Shown here: in pieces, positions 9,832 to 18,929 of the stretch | Numbering within the stretch: position 1 is the stretch's first letter | Layout: each line of letters begins with the position of its first letter | From: Candidatus Fokinia solitaria | GTDB lineage: Bacteria > Pseudomonadota > Alphaproteobacteria > Rickettsiales > Midichloriaceae | Direction of reading: 5' to 3' | Length of the DNA: 32,000 nt | Assembly (NCBI RefSeq): GCF_003072485.1 | Contig: NZ_CP025989.1 | Coordinates: 150,001-182,000, forward strand | Program-made: the position numbers and the translations under genes | The notes under the pieces: model-generated | What the model saw: the letters and a program-made list of their open reading frames with translations, nothing else | What the model was told of the DNA's origin: nothing | Databases searched by the model: none

Positions 9832-10696
9832 GTTTCTTTATTACTCTAAGCATTGTTATGTTGATACATATTAGTATTCCCGCGGCAAGTAGATAGTATG
9901 GTCGAGGCGGAGTACCAAGTAATACAAAACTCCAAAACGTCATTAATGGTAACTTTAAATAAGATACCGGAGTGAGAAAATTCAAGGTTGCTAGCTTTAT
10001 TGCTAAGAATAGCAGTATCACGTTTGTTATTCTCAGAACGCTTATAACAAGGAGTGATGATATATCGCTTGCAGTAAAGGCGGATATCTTTTTAACAGAG
10101 AAAAATAGAAGGAAAAGTGCGGTAAAAGCAAAAGTATAAAATACCTGTACTATAAAATGTTCTGTCGTAGTTTGTTTTTTACATACTACTTCGTAAAATG
10201 CCCAGGAGAATGATGAAATTACGGCCATAACAAAGCCATAAACTGAAACTTCAATATGAGTTTTAAGAGTGAAAAAAATTACCGCGTAGCACAATATACC
10301 GGCAATAAAGGATATCCATCGCAGTTTTTCATTTTTAGTAAGGGAAGCGATAGAGACGGTAAGTATAGGAGTGATATAATTTACTAATATAGCTTGCGCA
10401 CTACCAAAGTGCTTTACAGCTTCTATCCAAGTTACCATGCCCGCTATGCTTAGCACAGAACGTAACACGTATGGCATCATCTTCGCTTCTTGTAACTCCT
10501 TCCTGTAGAATAAGCTTACAAATGGCAGTAATATCGCTGTGCCTAGTATGCATACTACTCCGAATTGTTCTAACGGTCCTATGCTACTGTTTCGAAATTT
10601 TTCAAATCCAAGAGAAAGCAAGCAAAAGCAAGAAAGTGCTAATACCTTACATAGTACTCCAACGATATATCTTCTATAATCTGTAGACATTAACAT
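9800..10696 (-). CDS. EamA/DMT-family membrane transporter
   Basis: Ten-helix hydrophobic profile; SVLSIAGMVTWIEAVKHFGSAQAILVNYITPILTVSIASLTKNEKL is typical of EamA proteins. Confidence 0.85.
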   Translation of the reverse strand: MLMSTDYRRYIVGVLCKVLALSCFCLLSLGFEKFRNSSIGPLEQFGVVCILGTAILLPFVSLFYRKELQEAKMMPYVLRSVLSIAGMVTWIEAVKHFGSAQAILVNYITPILTVSIASLTKNEKLRWISFIAGILCYAVIFFTLKTHIEVSVYGFVMAVISSFSWAFYEVVCKKQTTTEHFIVQVFYTFAFTALFLLFFSVKKISAFTASDISSLLVISVLRITNVILLFLAIKLATLNFLTPVSYLKLPLMTFWSFVLLGTPPRPYYLLAAGILICINITMLRVIKKLTEQKTQKAH

Positions 10697-10825
10697 ATGA
10701 TTTGACGGTAATAGTGAGATTATCGAGTAGCGATCTTCTAAATTATGATAACAAAAGCAATATGGAGATCAATATGTGCACTATACGAAGATTGCGCAGT
10801 TAGATTATGGTGTTGTTTTTCTGTT

Positions 10826-12034
10826 TTATTTAGGCAATTTTGACGTATTTCTTTTTAAAACTTTGAGATATATTCTATCGAAAATAATAGCAAAGAGATT
10901 ATTTCCTATTACATTTCCAGCAGTACCTATGCTGTCCATTACGATATAGATTGCCGTCATAATGCCTAGTGCTTCAGGTGTAAAATGTAGATATTCTCCT
11001 AACATTGGCGCAATGATAAAAATCCCTCCGCTTGGAATACCACTTCCGGAGAATTTTGCGATATTTACTATTAATAAAAGCATTAATATTTCATATGTGG
11101 AAAGTGACACAGATGCGCTTTGATGAACTAAGATAGCAAGAAATGGAATTAATATACTTTCTCCTATTGTATGTACTGTAGTAGCTATGGTAATTGCCGC
11201 TTTTCCGTTTTCCTTATTTAGCACATTTTGCTCTACCGCTTCAATAGATAAAGGCAATGCAATTGTACTGGACATTGTGCTAAAGCCTGTAATGGTAGGC
11301 TTAATCAAAGTGATTGCGATTTGTTTTGCAGAGCGATTAGTTGCTGCAAGTGCAGCGATTATGAACATTATTCCTAGATATATAAACATCAGGCAAATAC
11401 TGATAGTAAGATTTACGGGATACGAGCGAAGTGTATTTTGTAATCCTTTGTCTTGCAGTATTTTAAATATGAATCCCGCTATGAAAATTGGTATTAAGGG
11501 AAGTATTACATAGTTGATTAGAAATTTTACCGCTATCCTTATGACGCTGGCAATCTTATCTACCGTGTAGCGATAGCAGCTATCATGTATGTTAATGATA
11601 AGTCCAAGAAATGCGGAGAATACGAAGACTACAACGTTTAAGTATAAAGGGAATGTAGGTATACCTAATACGAAGAGTTGTTTTATTGTTTTATCTGATA
11701 TGGAAATCTGACTATCACAGCAAGTTATAGCGGTAAATTTCAATGCAATTGCAGATGTAAAAACTGAGGTAAATATGGATAAAAAATTCGATAGAATTAT
11801 GCAAAGTAGCAGGAGAGTAATAAATCGTATTCCTTCCTTGCTATCGAGTTTTCTGAAGCAAAAATATACGGAGTGAAAGATGATAAATGGTACGCATACT
11901 CTCATTATATCTTTTAAGAGGAGGCTTATAGAATATATAAAAGATTGTATGCGAGATGAAATATACTCATGAAAAAATAGCACAGATATTATAGCTAAAA
12001 TAATTCTAAATGAAGAAGATTTCAAAAAAGACAT
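10826..12034 (-). CDS. Divergent dicarboxylate/amino acid:cation symporter (DAACS family)
   Basis: PLYLNVVVFVFSAFLGLIINI, TTFSTMSSTIALPLSIEAVEQN, SGSGIPSGGIFIIAPML, MDSIGTAGNVIGNNLFAII. Confidence 0.82.
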   Translation of the reverse strand: MSFLKSSSFRIILAIISVLFFHEYISSRIQSFIYSISLLLKDIMRVCVPFIIFHSVYFCFRKLDSKEGIRFITLLLLCIILSNFLSIFTSVFTSAIALKFTAITCCDSQISISDKTIKQLFVLGIPTFPLYLNVVVFVFSAFLGLIINIHDSCYRYTVDKIASVIRIAVKFLINYVILPLIPIFIAGFIFKILQDKGLQNTLRSYPVNLTISICLMFIYLGIMFIIAALAATNRSAKQIAITLIKPTITGFSTMSSTIALPLSIEAVEQNVLNKENGKAAITIATTVHTIGESILIPFLAILVHQSASVSLSTYEILMLLLIVNIAKFSGSGIPSGGIFIIAPMLGEYLHFTPEALGIMTAIYIVMDSIGTAGNVIGNNLFAIIFDRIYLKVLKRNTSKLPK

Positions 12035-12052
12035 TTTAATATATGTAATTCG

Positions 12053-13216
12053 TTATAGCATTTTTTGTATACTATCGTGGTATTCTATGACATCTTGAAA
12101 TGACTGAATATTGGTATTCTTACTGTATTTTTCAAATTTGTTTTCGATACTATTAATCATTTCGTAGAATGATACTTTACCATCTAAGAATTGCTGAACA
12201 TAAAATTCGTTTAATGCATTTAATGCGATAATAGACGAGTGCGTCATGTTTATTCTTGCAAGTTTAAATAATGGAAATAGATCCGTATCAATATCGTAAA
12301 ATTCAAACGTTCTGTTTCTTATTAATTCACACTCTTGTTGTAAATTTTGCGCTTTGTGTACGTCATATTTCTGTGGATATAGTATTGCGGCTATAATAGG
12401 AGAGAACATTGTAGGTGTACCGCAGTGCATGATAGATGTACCGTCTTTATATTGAACGATCCCATGTACTGTGGCAGTAGGGTGAAGTAGTGCATCAACA
12501 TTCTGCATCGGAATATTGAAAAGAATTGACGCTTCATGCATCTCAAATACTTTATTCATCATAGATGCAGAATTGACTGTAATGACGTTCCCCATCTTCC
12601 AAATCGGATGCGTAAGAATATCATCTTTACTAGCATTTTTAGGTAGTATCTTATTTTTCCATATAGTACTACCTGTAGCGGTGAGTATAAGTTTTTTCAC
12701 ATTGGTAGTATTACATGTGTTTGTAGTATTATTAAGTGTAAGTATGCTATGTATCGCATGATGCTCTGAATCTATCGGAATTATTTCTACTTTAAGTTTT
12801 GTCGCGTGTTCTATAAATAATTTATTGCCGCATATTATAGCTTCTTTATTAGCGATAATCAGTTTTTTGCATGAGTACATTGTTAGAATAGTTGGAATAA
12901 GACCAGCTATGCCACTAATTGCACTGATGCATATATCATGTTTTTCGTGTTGTAAAAAATCGTGTATCTCTTTCGTTTCGTGAAGTATGCGTACTTTCCT
13001 GTCGAAGTTAGTATTTCCAATTTGCGCAATGGCGTTTTTATTTGCAACTATTACGTTTGCGATGTTGAAAGCCTTTACTATCTTTTCGAGTTTCTGAATA
13101 TCGGAACCTCTTACCATAATGCTTTTCACTTTATGAGTATCACGAAGCGTGTAAAGTGCCTCAAGTGCTGTAAGTCCAACGCTTCCTGTCGCGCCAAGTA
13201 TTATAATGCTTTTCAT
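12053..13216 (-). CDS. dxr: 1-deoxy-D-xylulose 5-phosphate reductoisomerase; start trimmed to the Met at 13216
   Basis: IIILGATGSVGLTAL, ANKEAIICGNKL, IPIDSEHHAI, HPIWKMGNVITVNSASMMNKVFEMHEA, HPTATVHGIVQYKDGT. Confidence 0.95.
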   Translation of the reverse strand: MKSIIILGATGSVGLTALEALYTLRDTHKVKSIMVRGSDIQKLEKIVKAFNIANVIVANKNAIAQIGNTNFDRKVRILHETKEIHDFLQHEKHDICISAISGIAGLIPTILTMYSCKKLIIANKEAIICGNKLFIEHATKLKVEIIPIDSEHHAIHSILTLNNTTNTCNTTNVKKLILTATGSTIWKNKILPKNASKDDILTHPIWKMGNVITVNSASMMNKVFEMHEASILFNIPMQNVDALLHPTATVHGIVQYKDGTSIMHCGTPTMFSPIIAAILYPQKYDVHKAQNLQQECELIRNRTFEFYDIDTDLFPLFKLARINMTHSSIIALNALNEFYVQQFLDGKVSFYEMINSIENKFEKYSKNTNIQSFQDVIEYHDSIQKML

Positions 13217-13818
13217 GTATAGCAAAGAACTTTCTTTAACATGCATTTTCTATGGTATTGTGTAGATCCATTTCGTCGGAGAGCATCTATATGATATTTT
13301 GTTGCATAACCCATGTTTTGCTCAAGTTTATATCCGCTATATCTACTACTCATATGCTGTATGATGGTATCTCGTGTCACTTTTGCAATGATCGAAGCTG
13401 CGGCGATTGTGACTGATTTAGTATCGCCTTTAACTATAGGAATAACAGTAGCATCGAGTACCTCGATTGTCCTATTTCCATCTATAAGCGTGACGCAATT
13501 TGGAGATTGAAGCATTTTTATTGCACGCTGCATGCTTAATTTGGCAGCATTCAAGATGTTTAATTTCTCTATTTCATCGATGCTTGCCGCACCTACAGCA
13601 TATTCTACTTCTAAATTCATTAGTGCTTCATAAATGACTTCCCTCTTTTTAGCTGATAGCTTTTTAGAATCATTAATGCTAAGTGATAATAAACGTTCAT
13701 CATATACGACTGCTGCGCTTACAACAGGCCCTACTAACGAACCTACTCCGCATTCATCGGCACCAATGACAGTCCTTGTTTTATATTGCCTCTCTATCTC
13801 GTTATTTGGTAATATCAT
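13213..13818 (-). CDS. rnhB: Ribonuclease HII
   Basis: VIGADECGVGSLVGPVVSAAV, LIDGN, KGDTKSVTIAAASIIAKVTRD. Its stop codon overlaps the dxr ATG (ATGA). Confidence 0.95.
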   Translation of the reverse strand: MILPNNEIERQYKTRTVIGADECGVGSLVGPVVSAAVVYDERLLSLSINDSKKLSAKKREVIYEALMNLEVEYAVGAASIDEIEKLNILNAAKLSMQRAIKMLQSPNCVTLIDGNRTIEVLDATVIPIVKGDTKSVTIAAASIIAKVTRDTIIQHMSSRYSGYKLEQNMGYATKYHIDALRRNGSTQYHRKCMLKKVLCYT

Positions 13819-13844
13819 TACGATTTTCTTATCCGAATTTAATT

Positions 13845-15269
13845 ATGACTGAAATCAAGAAGAATGTTGTAGTTGGTATAGACTTTGGCACTACGAATTC
13901 ACTTATAGCATTCGTGAATGAGGATAGCAAAGTGATTGTTGTGCCAATTAATGAAGATGCTGATTATGCTACTTTATTGCCGTCTGTAGTGCGCTATGAA
14001 TCTGCAGAGAAGATTATAGAAGTTATTTCTATAAAAAGATTAATAAACAATAGCGTAAAAGGAGATTTAATCGATTATTTTAGCGCTGAAAGTCTTGATT
14101 TGAAAAAAGACGCAATAAGTATGGCGGCGCAAATTTTTCAAAATCTTAAAGATAAAGCAGAAGAGTACACTAAATCTACTATTACCGACGCTGTAGTAAC
14201 AGTGCCTGCGCACTTTAATGATTTCGCGAGAATGAATATTAAAGCTGCGGCAGAATCTGCAGGATTCAATGTAATTAGAATGATAAATGAGCCTACAGCA
14301 GCTGCGATAGCGCATTGTATGCTTGATAATTCAAGTGATAGAAGCATCGTGGTATATGATTTAGGAGGAGGTACCTTTGATGTTTCTATTCTCCAGGTTA
14401 AAGATGGAATATTTAGAGTAATCTCTACTAATGGTGATAGTACTCTAGGCGGTGATGATTTTGATATTGCACTTGCGGAGCTGCTAGATGCAAAATGCGG
14501 CTTTGATGGAGAGATTATTACAAGTGATGCTATTTTATGCGCGAGAAAAATAAAGGAAAGATTAAGTTTGAATGAGAATTATACAGGTTTTTGGAAGGGA
14601 AATGAGATAAGTTGTACCCGTGATGAATTTGAAGCAGCTACTGAAGCTTTAGTAGATAAAACTTTTGACGTAATGCGTGCTGCATTAGATGATGCTGAAT
14701 TAACATTAAATGATATAGATGAAGTCATCTTTGTAGGAGGAGCAACCAAAATGCCGATAATTAAGAAAAAAGCGAGGCAATATATGCACAGAACTGATAT
14801 TTTAGGAAATGATATACTTCCAGAAGAAGCTGTAGTAATAGGTGCTGCAATGCATGCTAATTCTATTACTCAAAGCGCAAATCATCTTTTATTGGATGTT
14901 ATTCCACTAAGTATTGGTATAGAGGTATTTGGTGGTGCTGTTGAATGCATTATTCCTCGTAATACTCCTATACCAATTATGGCAAGAAGTGTTTTTACAA
15001 ATTCTCATGAAAAACAAGCTTCCTTTGATATACATGTTATTCAAGGCGATGGAGAACGTGTAGCACAGTGCAAGACTTTGGCACGTTTCAAAGTGCCAAT
15101 TGCGGATAAAATAAAGAGACAAGAAGCAAAACTTGAGGTTTTGTTTTGCGTAGACGTAAACGGTATATTGAGTATTACCGCTGTCGAAAAAGCAGGAGGT
15201 ACTACGAGAGATATAATCGTTCAGCCTCAGTACGATTTATCGGAGGAAGATATTACACCATCCTTGTAA
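13845..15269 (+). CDS. hscA: HscA-like Hsp70 chaperone lacking the C-terminal helical lid; start trimmed to the Met at 13845
   Basis: [62 protein letters not shown]-type motif, [26 protein letters not shown]; ends at [15 protein letters not shown] (474 aa). Confidence 0.88.
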   Translation: MTEIKKNVVVGIDFGTTNSLIAFVNEDSKVIVVPINEDADYATLLPSVVRYESAEKIIEVISIKRLINNSVKGDLIDYFSAESLDLKKDAISMAAQIFQNLKDKAEEYTKSTITDAVVTVPAHFNDFARMNIKAAAESAGFNVIRMINEPTAAAIAHCMLDNSSDRSIVVYDLGGGTFDVSILQVKDGIFRVISTNGDSTLGGDDFDIALAELLDAKCGFDGEIITSDAILCARKIKERLSLNENYTGFWKGNEISCTRDEFEAATEALVDKTFDVMRAALDDAELTLNDIDEVIFVGGATKMPIIKKKARQYMHRTDILGNDILPEEAVVIGAAMHANSITQSANHLLLDVIPLSIGIEVFGGAVECIIPRNTPIPIMARSVFTNSHEKQASFDIHVIQGDGERVAQCKTLARFKVPIADKIKRQEAKLEVLFCVDVNGILSITAVEKAGGTTRDIIVQPQYDLSEEDITPSL

Positions 15270-15380
15270 AGGAAAGTGAAACTTAATGTAAGATAAGACA
15301 ATGATTTTTACGTGTAGTGGTATTGATTATCGTACATTATGTGTTGTAACATCTCCATGTTAAGAATAAAAATATAGTTG

Positions 15381-16553
15381 ATGATGAAGAAGAGGTTATA
15401 TCTATGTATTCTATGTGTCTTTTTTCTTGGTGTCTTATATGTAGCAGAGTCTAAGGCGTCCGAGTTAAGTAGAAAGGGAGATTATTTTACCTTTATGGCT
15501 TTGACCTCTGAGATAGTGCCACAAGTGAAATTACAGCAGTATCTCGAGCGTGGAGTCGGCGCTGAAGTGACGGGCACTGATGTAAAGAGTATTACAAATG
15601 GTACTGTACTTGTGCCTGGTTTTATATTTGGAGGAGGTTACATGTTTCGTGATATTGCTTTGAGTGCTTATTTTAGCCATTCTGCGAGAAAGCTTTCTCA
15701 GAGTGCATTGCAGTTCTCAAATGAGATGAAGATAGTTGGCAATTCAGTAGGACTTTCGGTGGTAAGGTACATTTCTGATATGAAGGTGCGCCCTTTTCTT
15801 GGAGTTACAGTGGATGTTTTGAGCTTGCAGTACACTTTATCTGGCATTAGAGCGTTTGATGCAAGTGGCGCACTCGCGGATAGTGATGTAGTGCGAGTAA
15901 GTGGCGCGTTGAAGAATAGAAGTGATGTGGTGTTTTCTCCTCTTTCAACAGAGGTAGAGTATAAGACAATATGTCTTGCTGCGAATGATGAGAATTATAC
16001 TTGCGTTCAGAATGATGTGCCTTCAGTGTCGTATGCTGCACTGCCTAAAGATGTGCTGTCGTTGCTTGCTTTCAATAGCGAGTTAAAAGCCACTAATAAG
16101 ACGAAATTAGGATTTTCCTTCACGGGAGGATTGTCATTTAGAGTAGATAATATAGTAATAGAAGGATTTGCGGCAGCGAACTTGAGGTCTAAATTGACTT
16201 TTGGTAATGAAAAAGCAGTATACGTAAATCGTAGTGCGCTGAATACTGTAGTGTCCGATGGTGTGCCGTATGATGATGTAAAGAGTGTATTAAATGGTAA
16301 GTATGTGTATCTTCAACAGAATGGCGTGTGTGATATGACGGTAGTGCAAAATCAAGACTGTCAAAATAGTGGTATGATGACTGGACAGGAAGCTATAGAT
16401 AGTATAGTTGTTGACGGTAAAAAAGGAGGAGATTTAGCATCTTACGTTTATACTGATGCCACTACTTATAAGGATTTCAGAACCTATATTCCGCAGGAAA
16501 TTGAGGGTACGCCAACTTATACTTTAGGAATCAGAGTACTTCTATTGTTTTAA
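15381..16553 (+). CDS. Msp2/P44-like outer-membrane beta-barrel surface protein; the ORF starts with TTG at 15378, ATG candidates at 15381 and 15384
   Basis: N-terminal signal peptide (MKKRLYLCILCVFFLGVLYVAESKAS), repeated GYMFRDIALSAYFS, VRPFLGVTVDVLSL, KTKLGFSFTGGLSFRVDNIVIEGFAAANL strands and a C-terminal aromatic/hydrophobic strand YTLGIRVLLLF. Confidence 0.72.
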   Translation: MMKKRLYLCILCVFFLGVLYVAESKASELSRKGDYFTFMALTSEIVPQVKLQQYLERGVGAEVTGTDVKSITNGTVLVPGFIFGGGYMFRDIALSAYFSHSARKLSQSALQFSNEMKIVGNSVGLSVVRYISDMKVRPFLGVTVDVLSLQYTLSGIRAFDASGALADSDVVRVSGALKNRSDVVFSPLSTEVEYKTICLAANDENYTCVQNDVPSVSYAALPKDVLSLLAFNSELKATNKTKLGFSFTGGLSFRVDNIVIEGFAAANLRSKLTFGNEKAVYVNRSALNTVVSDGVPYDDVKSVLNGKYVYLQQNGVCDMTVVQNQDCQNSGMMTGQEAIDSIVVDGKKGGDLASYVYTDATTYKDFRTYIPQEIEGTPTYTLGIRVLLLF

Positions 16554-16558
16554 AGGAA

Positions 16559-16744
16559 GTGATGAAAATTGATATTACAAAATTACTGTTGTTGCTGATT
16601 GTCGCTTACATCATCGTTGGATGTGCTGGCTCCGTTAAGCGTAAGATGGGTGTGTTACCTTCTCTTCCTAATGAGAATGCCGTTCTGCATAATACCGTAC
16701 CACCGTCTAAAAGCACAAAAGAGCTGATTATACCTCCTGCATAG
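16559..16744 (+). CDS. Small putative lipoprotein
   Basis: 61 aa; signal peptide followed by lipobox-like IIVGC/AGS; AAAGGAAG ribosome-binding-like sequence immediately upstream; 5 nt after the barrel gene stop. Confidence 0.55.
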   Translation: MMKIDITKLLLLLIVAYIIVGCAGSVKRKMGVLPSLPNENAVLHNTVPPSKSTKELIIPPA

Positions 16745-16900
16745 GATTATTATTATGCATCTGATGGTAATTTCTTTATTTATGTTATATTAATATTTAC
16801 ACTATAAAATCGAATCATTATTGATAAAAGTTCTTTGCCTTAAGTAAGGATAATGATATCATCCTGGCATATATGAGTTTATAGAGTTTAAAATATTGAT

Positions 16901-17803
16901 ATGAAAGTTGCTACGTATGATATACAGCTTTCTGATACTTATATGATAGAGGAGTTCGTAAACTCTTTTGCTAGGTATAATGAGCATTTTTCACCTTCGT
17001 ATCCTTATTGGAGCTATAGAGCTGTACCGATGATGTATCTTGAAGATGAAGCGATTGAAACAGCGATACGAAGGTATTTTTCGCAAAATGTACTATTTGA
17101 GGTATATTTTGAAGAGCTATATAGCGTTGCGAGGTTGATGTATGTTTTGGATGCGAGAAAAATCTGTAGTGCTGCAAATTCTTTCAAGATATCTCTTAGT
17201 TTACTGGAAGGTTTATTCAATGAAAGTATCAAGAAGAGAGATTTTTGGATGCAAATGGTAGCTTTAGAGTCGAAAATAAACGAAAGCTTTACACGACATG
17301 GAGGTACTGGTTTACCGTTTTCATCAGCTAATATGCTCAATACGATAAATGATGATATACAGAGTAATAACAAAGAGAAGGTAGTAGCAAGTGAGAAGCT
17401 ACAAAAAGAAGAAAAAAGTAAAGCAGAAGTAGGATGTGTGAACAAAGTGGAAGAGTACTTTAAGAGAATATGCGAGGAGGATGAGCTGCAGAATTTAGAA
17501 GATAAGAGGAAGAAAGGAGATGATAAAGTGGCAAAGGTAGTGCAAGAAGTGGTGAAGGTAGTGCAAGAAGTGGTGAAGGAAGAAGAGCCGGTAGTGCAAG
17601 AAGGTAAGGAGGAAGAAGAGCCGGTAGTGCCAGTAGGTAAGGAGGAAGAAGAGCCGGTAGTGCCAGTAGGTAAGGAGGAAGAAGAGCCGGTAGTGCCAGT
17701 AGGTAAGGAAAGAAGAGAAGGTAGTGCAAGAAGTGGTGAAGGAAGAGGAGAAGGTAGTGCAAGAAGTGGTGAAGGAAGAGGAGAAGGTAGTGCCAGTAGG
17801 TAA
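16901..17803 (+). pseudogene. N-terminal fragment of an acidic tandem-repeat protein interrupted by an apparent 2-nt deletion near 17709
   Basis: Open frame; the repeats read KVVQEVVKEEE/PVVPVGKEEEE to about 17708, then the same DNA is read out of register as REGSARSGEGRGEG until TAA at 17801. The original register continues in the next ORF. Confidence 0.65.
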
Positions 17804-17818
17804 GGAGGGAGAAGAGAA
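17536..17818 (+). repeat. Coding tandem repeat, about 9 units with a 33-nt core period (11 aa)
   Basis: ggtagtg unit starts at 17536, 17557, 17590, 17623, 17656, 17689, 17720, 17753 and 17786; spacings 21, 33, 33, 33, 33, 31, 33, 33. Confidence 0.93.
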
Positions 17819-18830
17819 GAGGAGAGAAAGATGGGAAGGATTAAGTGAGGAGCAGAAGAAGGAAATGGAGAAGCTGCAGATTTCAGAAGAGAGAATAAAA
17901 AATATTATAGAGATACGACAAAAAGAGATTGATATATATCAGGGAAAAGATTACGACGACAAGATGATACTCATTCGAAAAAAGCTAAGTGAGAAATCGC
18001 TTCAATATGGACTACTAGCAAATCAGATAGAACAGAAGAAGTTGCTAGGAGAGTTAGATTCTATTCTGGAAATGGAAAAACAAAAGAATGAGAGAGAGTA
18101 TGAGCAATGGGTAATAAGAGAAGAGAGAGATCATGAGAAGTTGAAACATGTACAAGAGCAGGAATTGCCAAAGTTTATAATCACTGAAAACGATAGAAGA
18201 GCAGTTATAATAAAAGAGATGAGTGAGAAATCGCTTCAAGCGAACATAATAGCGGATCAAGCGTGGCAAATGGAATTAAAAGGAGATGTAGGAGGAGCTG
18301 CTGCACTTCGAAAGCAGTATCACTCTCCTCTTAGAGATGATGCTTATAAGATCAGCATGAAATTACACGATCTATACAGTATTGCTCCGTTTGCTCCTGC
18401 TAGATTAGAAGATAAAGATGTTGTGATGAAAGGAGGTACGAGAACAGATTACAGGACTTATACCTCTCCTAATAATCCAAATGTGTTATTCACTCACAGT
18501 TCAAAGAAGTTTTATAATGCATTTAAGGACGTTATACATAAGATACACTTCTGTAAACCTATGAAAGTAGGAGACTTCAATCCTTCTATATTCGAAGGTG
18601 ATAGAAAAAAGGAAATAATGGTCGCTCCTATGTGTACTTCTCCTCATTGTTGTCCAGGAACATCAGAGTTAACTCCTAGAGAGTTTTTCGTCGCAGATGA
18701 TCATTACAACAATGCCGATGTATTTACCCTCTCTACCAATGATATGTTATACACTACATACGACGGTGTAGTTCATCACAATGGCGGCATCGATTCCTCC
18801 ATACTTCATACAGATAGCGTTATATCTTAG
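17724..18830 (+). CDS. C-terminal part of the same acidic repeat protein, coiled-coil-rich with a novel C-terminal region (or a separate ORF starting at GTG)
   Basis: Starts inside the repeat (VQEVVKEEEKVVQEVVKEEEKVVPVGKEGEEK) in the register matching the upstream repeats once 2 nt are restored; continues through Lys/Glu-rich sequence to …DSSILHTDSVIS*. Confidence 0.7.
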   Translation: MQEVVKEEEKVVQEVVKEEEKVVPVGKEGEEKRRERWEGLSEEQKKEMEKLQISEERIKNIIEIRQKEIDIYQGKDYDDKMILIRKKLSEKSLQYGLLANQIEQKKLLGELDSILEMEKQKNEREYEQWVIREERDHEKLKHVQEQELPKFIITENDRRAVIIKEMSEKSLQANIIADQAWQMELKGDVGGAAALRKQYHSPLRDDAYKISMKLHDLYSIAPFAPARLEDKDVVMKGGTRTDYRTYTSPNNPNVLFTHSSKKFYNAFKDVIHKIHFCKPMKVGDFNPSIFEGDRKKEIMVAPMCTSPHCCPGTSELTPREFFVADDHYNNADVFTLSTNDMLYTTYDGVVHHNGGIDSSILHTDSVIS

Positions 18831-18929
18831 TTCGTCCTCGCTTCCAAGTACAGCAGCACGTATTTGGAAGCTTTCCATCTTACTTCTTCTTAGCTCCTGT
18901 TTTCCCTCTCATACTCCATTTATAGAACA

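Noticed and set aside
17014-17762. Long antisense ORFs (17014..17445 and 17460..17762) with LALPALLPPYL repeats
   Set aside because: They are the reverse-strand reading of the acidic tandem repeat and its upstream coding region; repetitive DNA lacking stops gives mirror ORFs.
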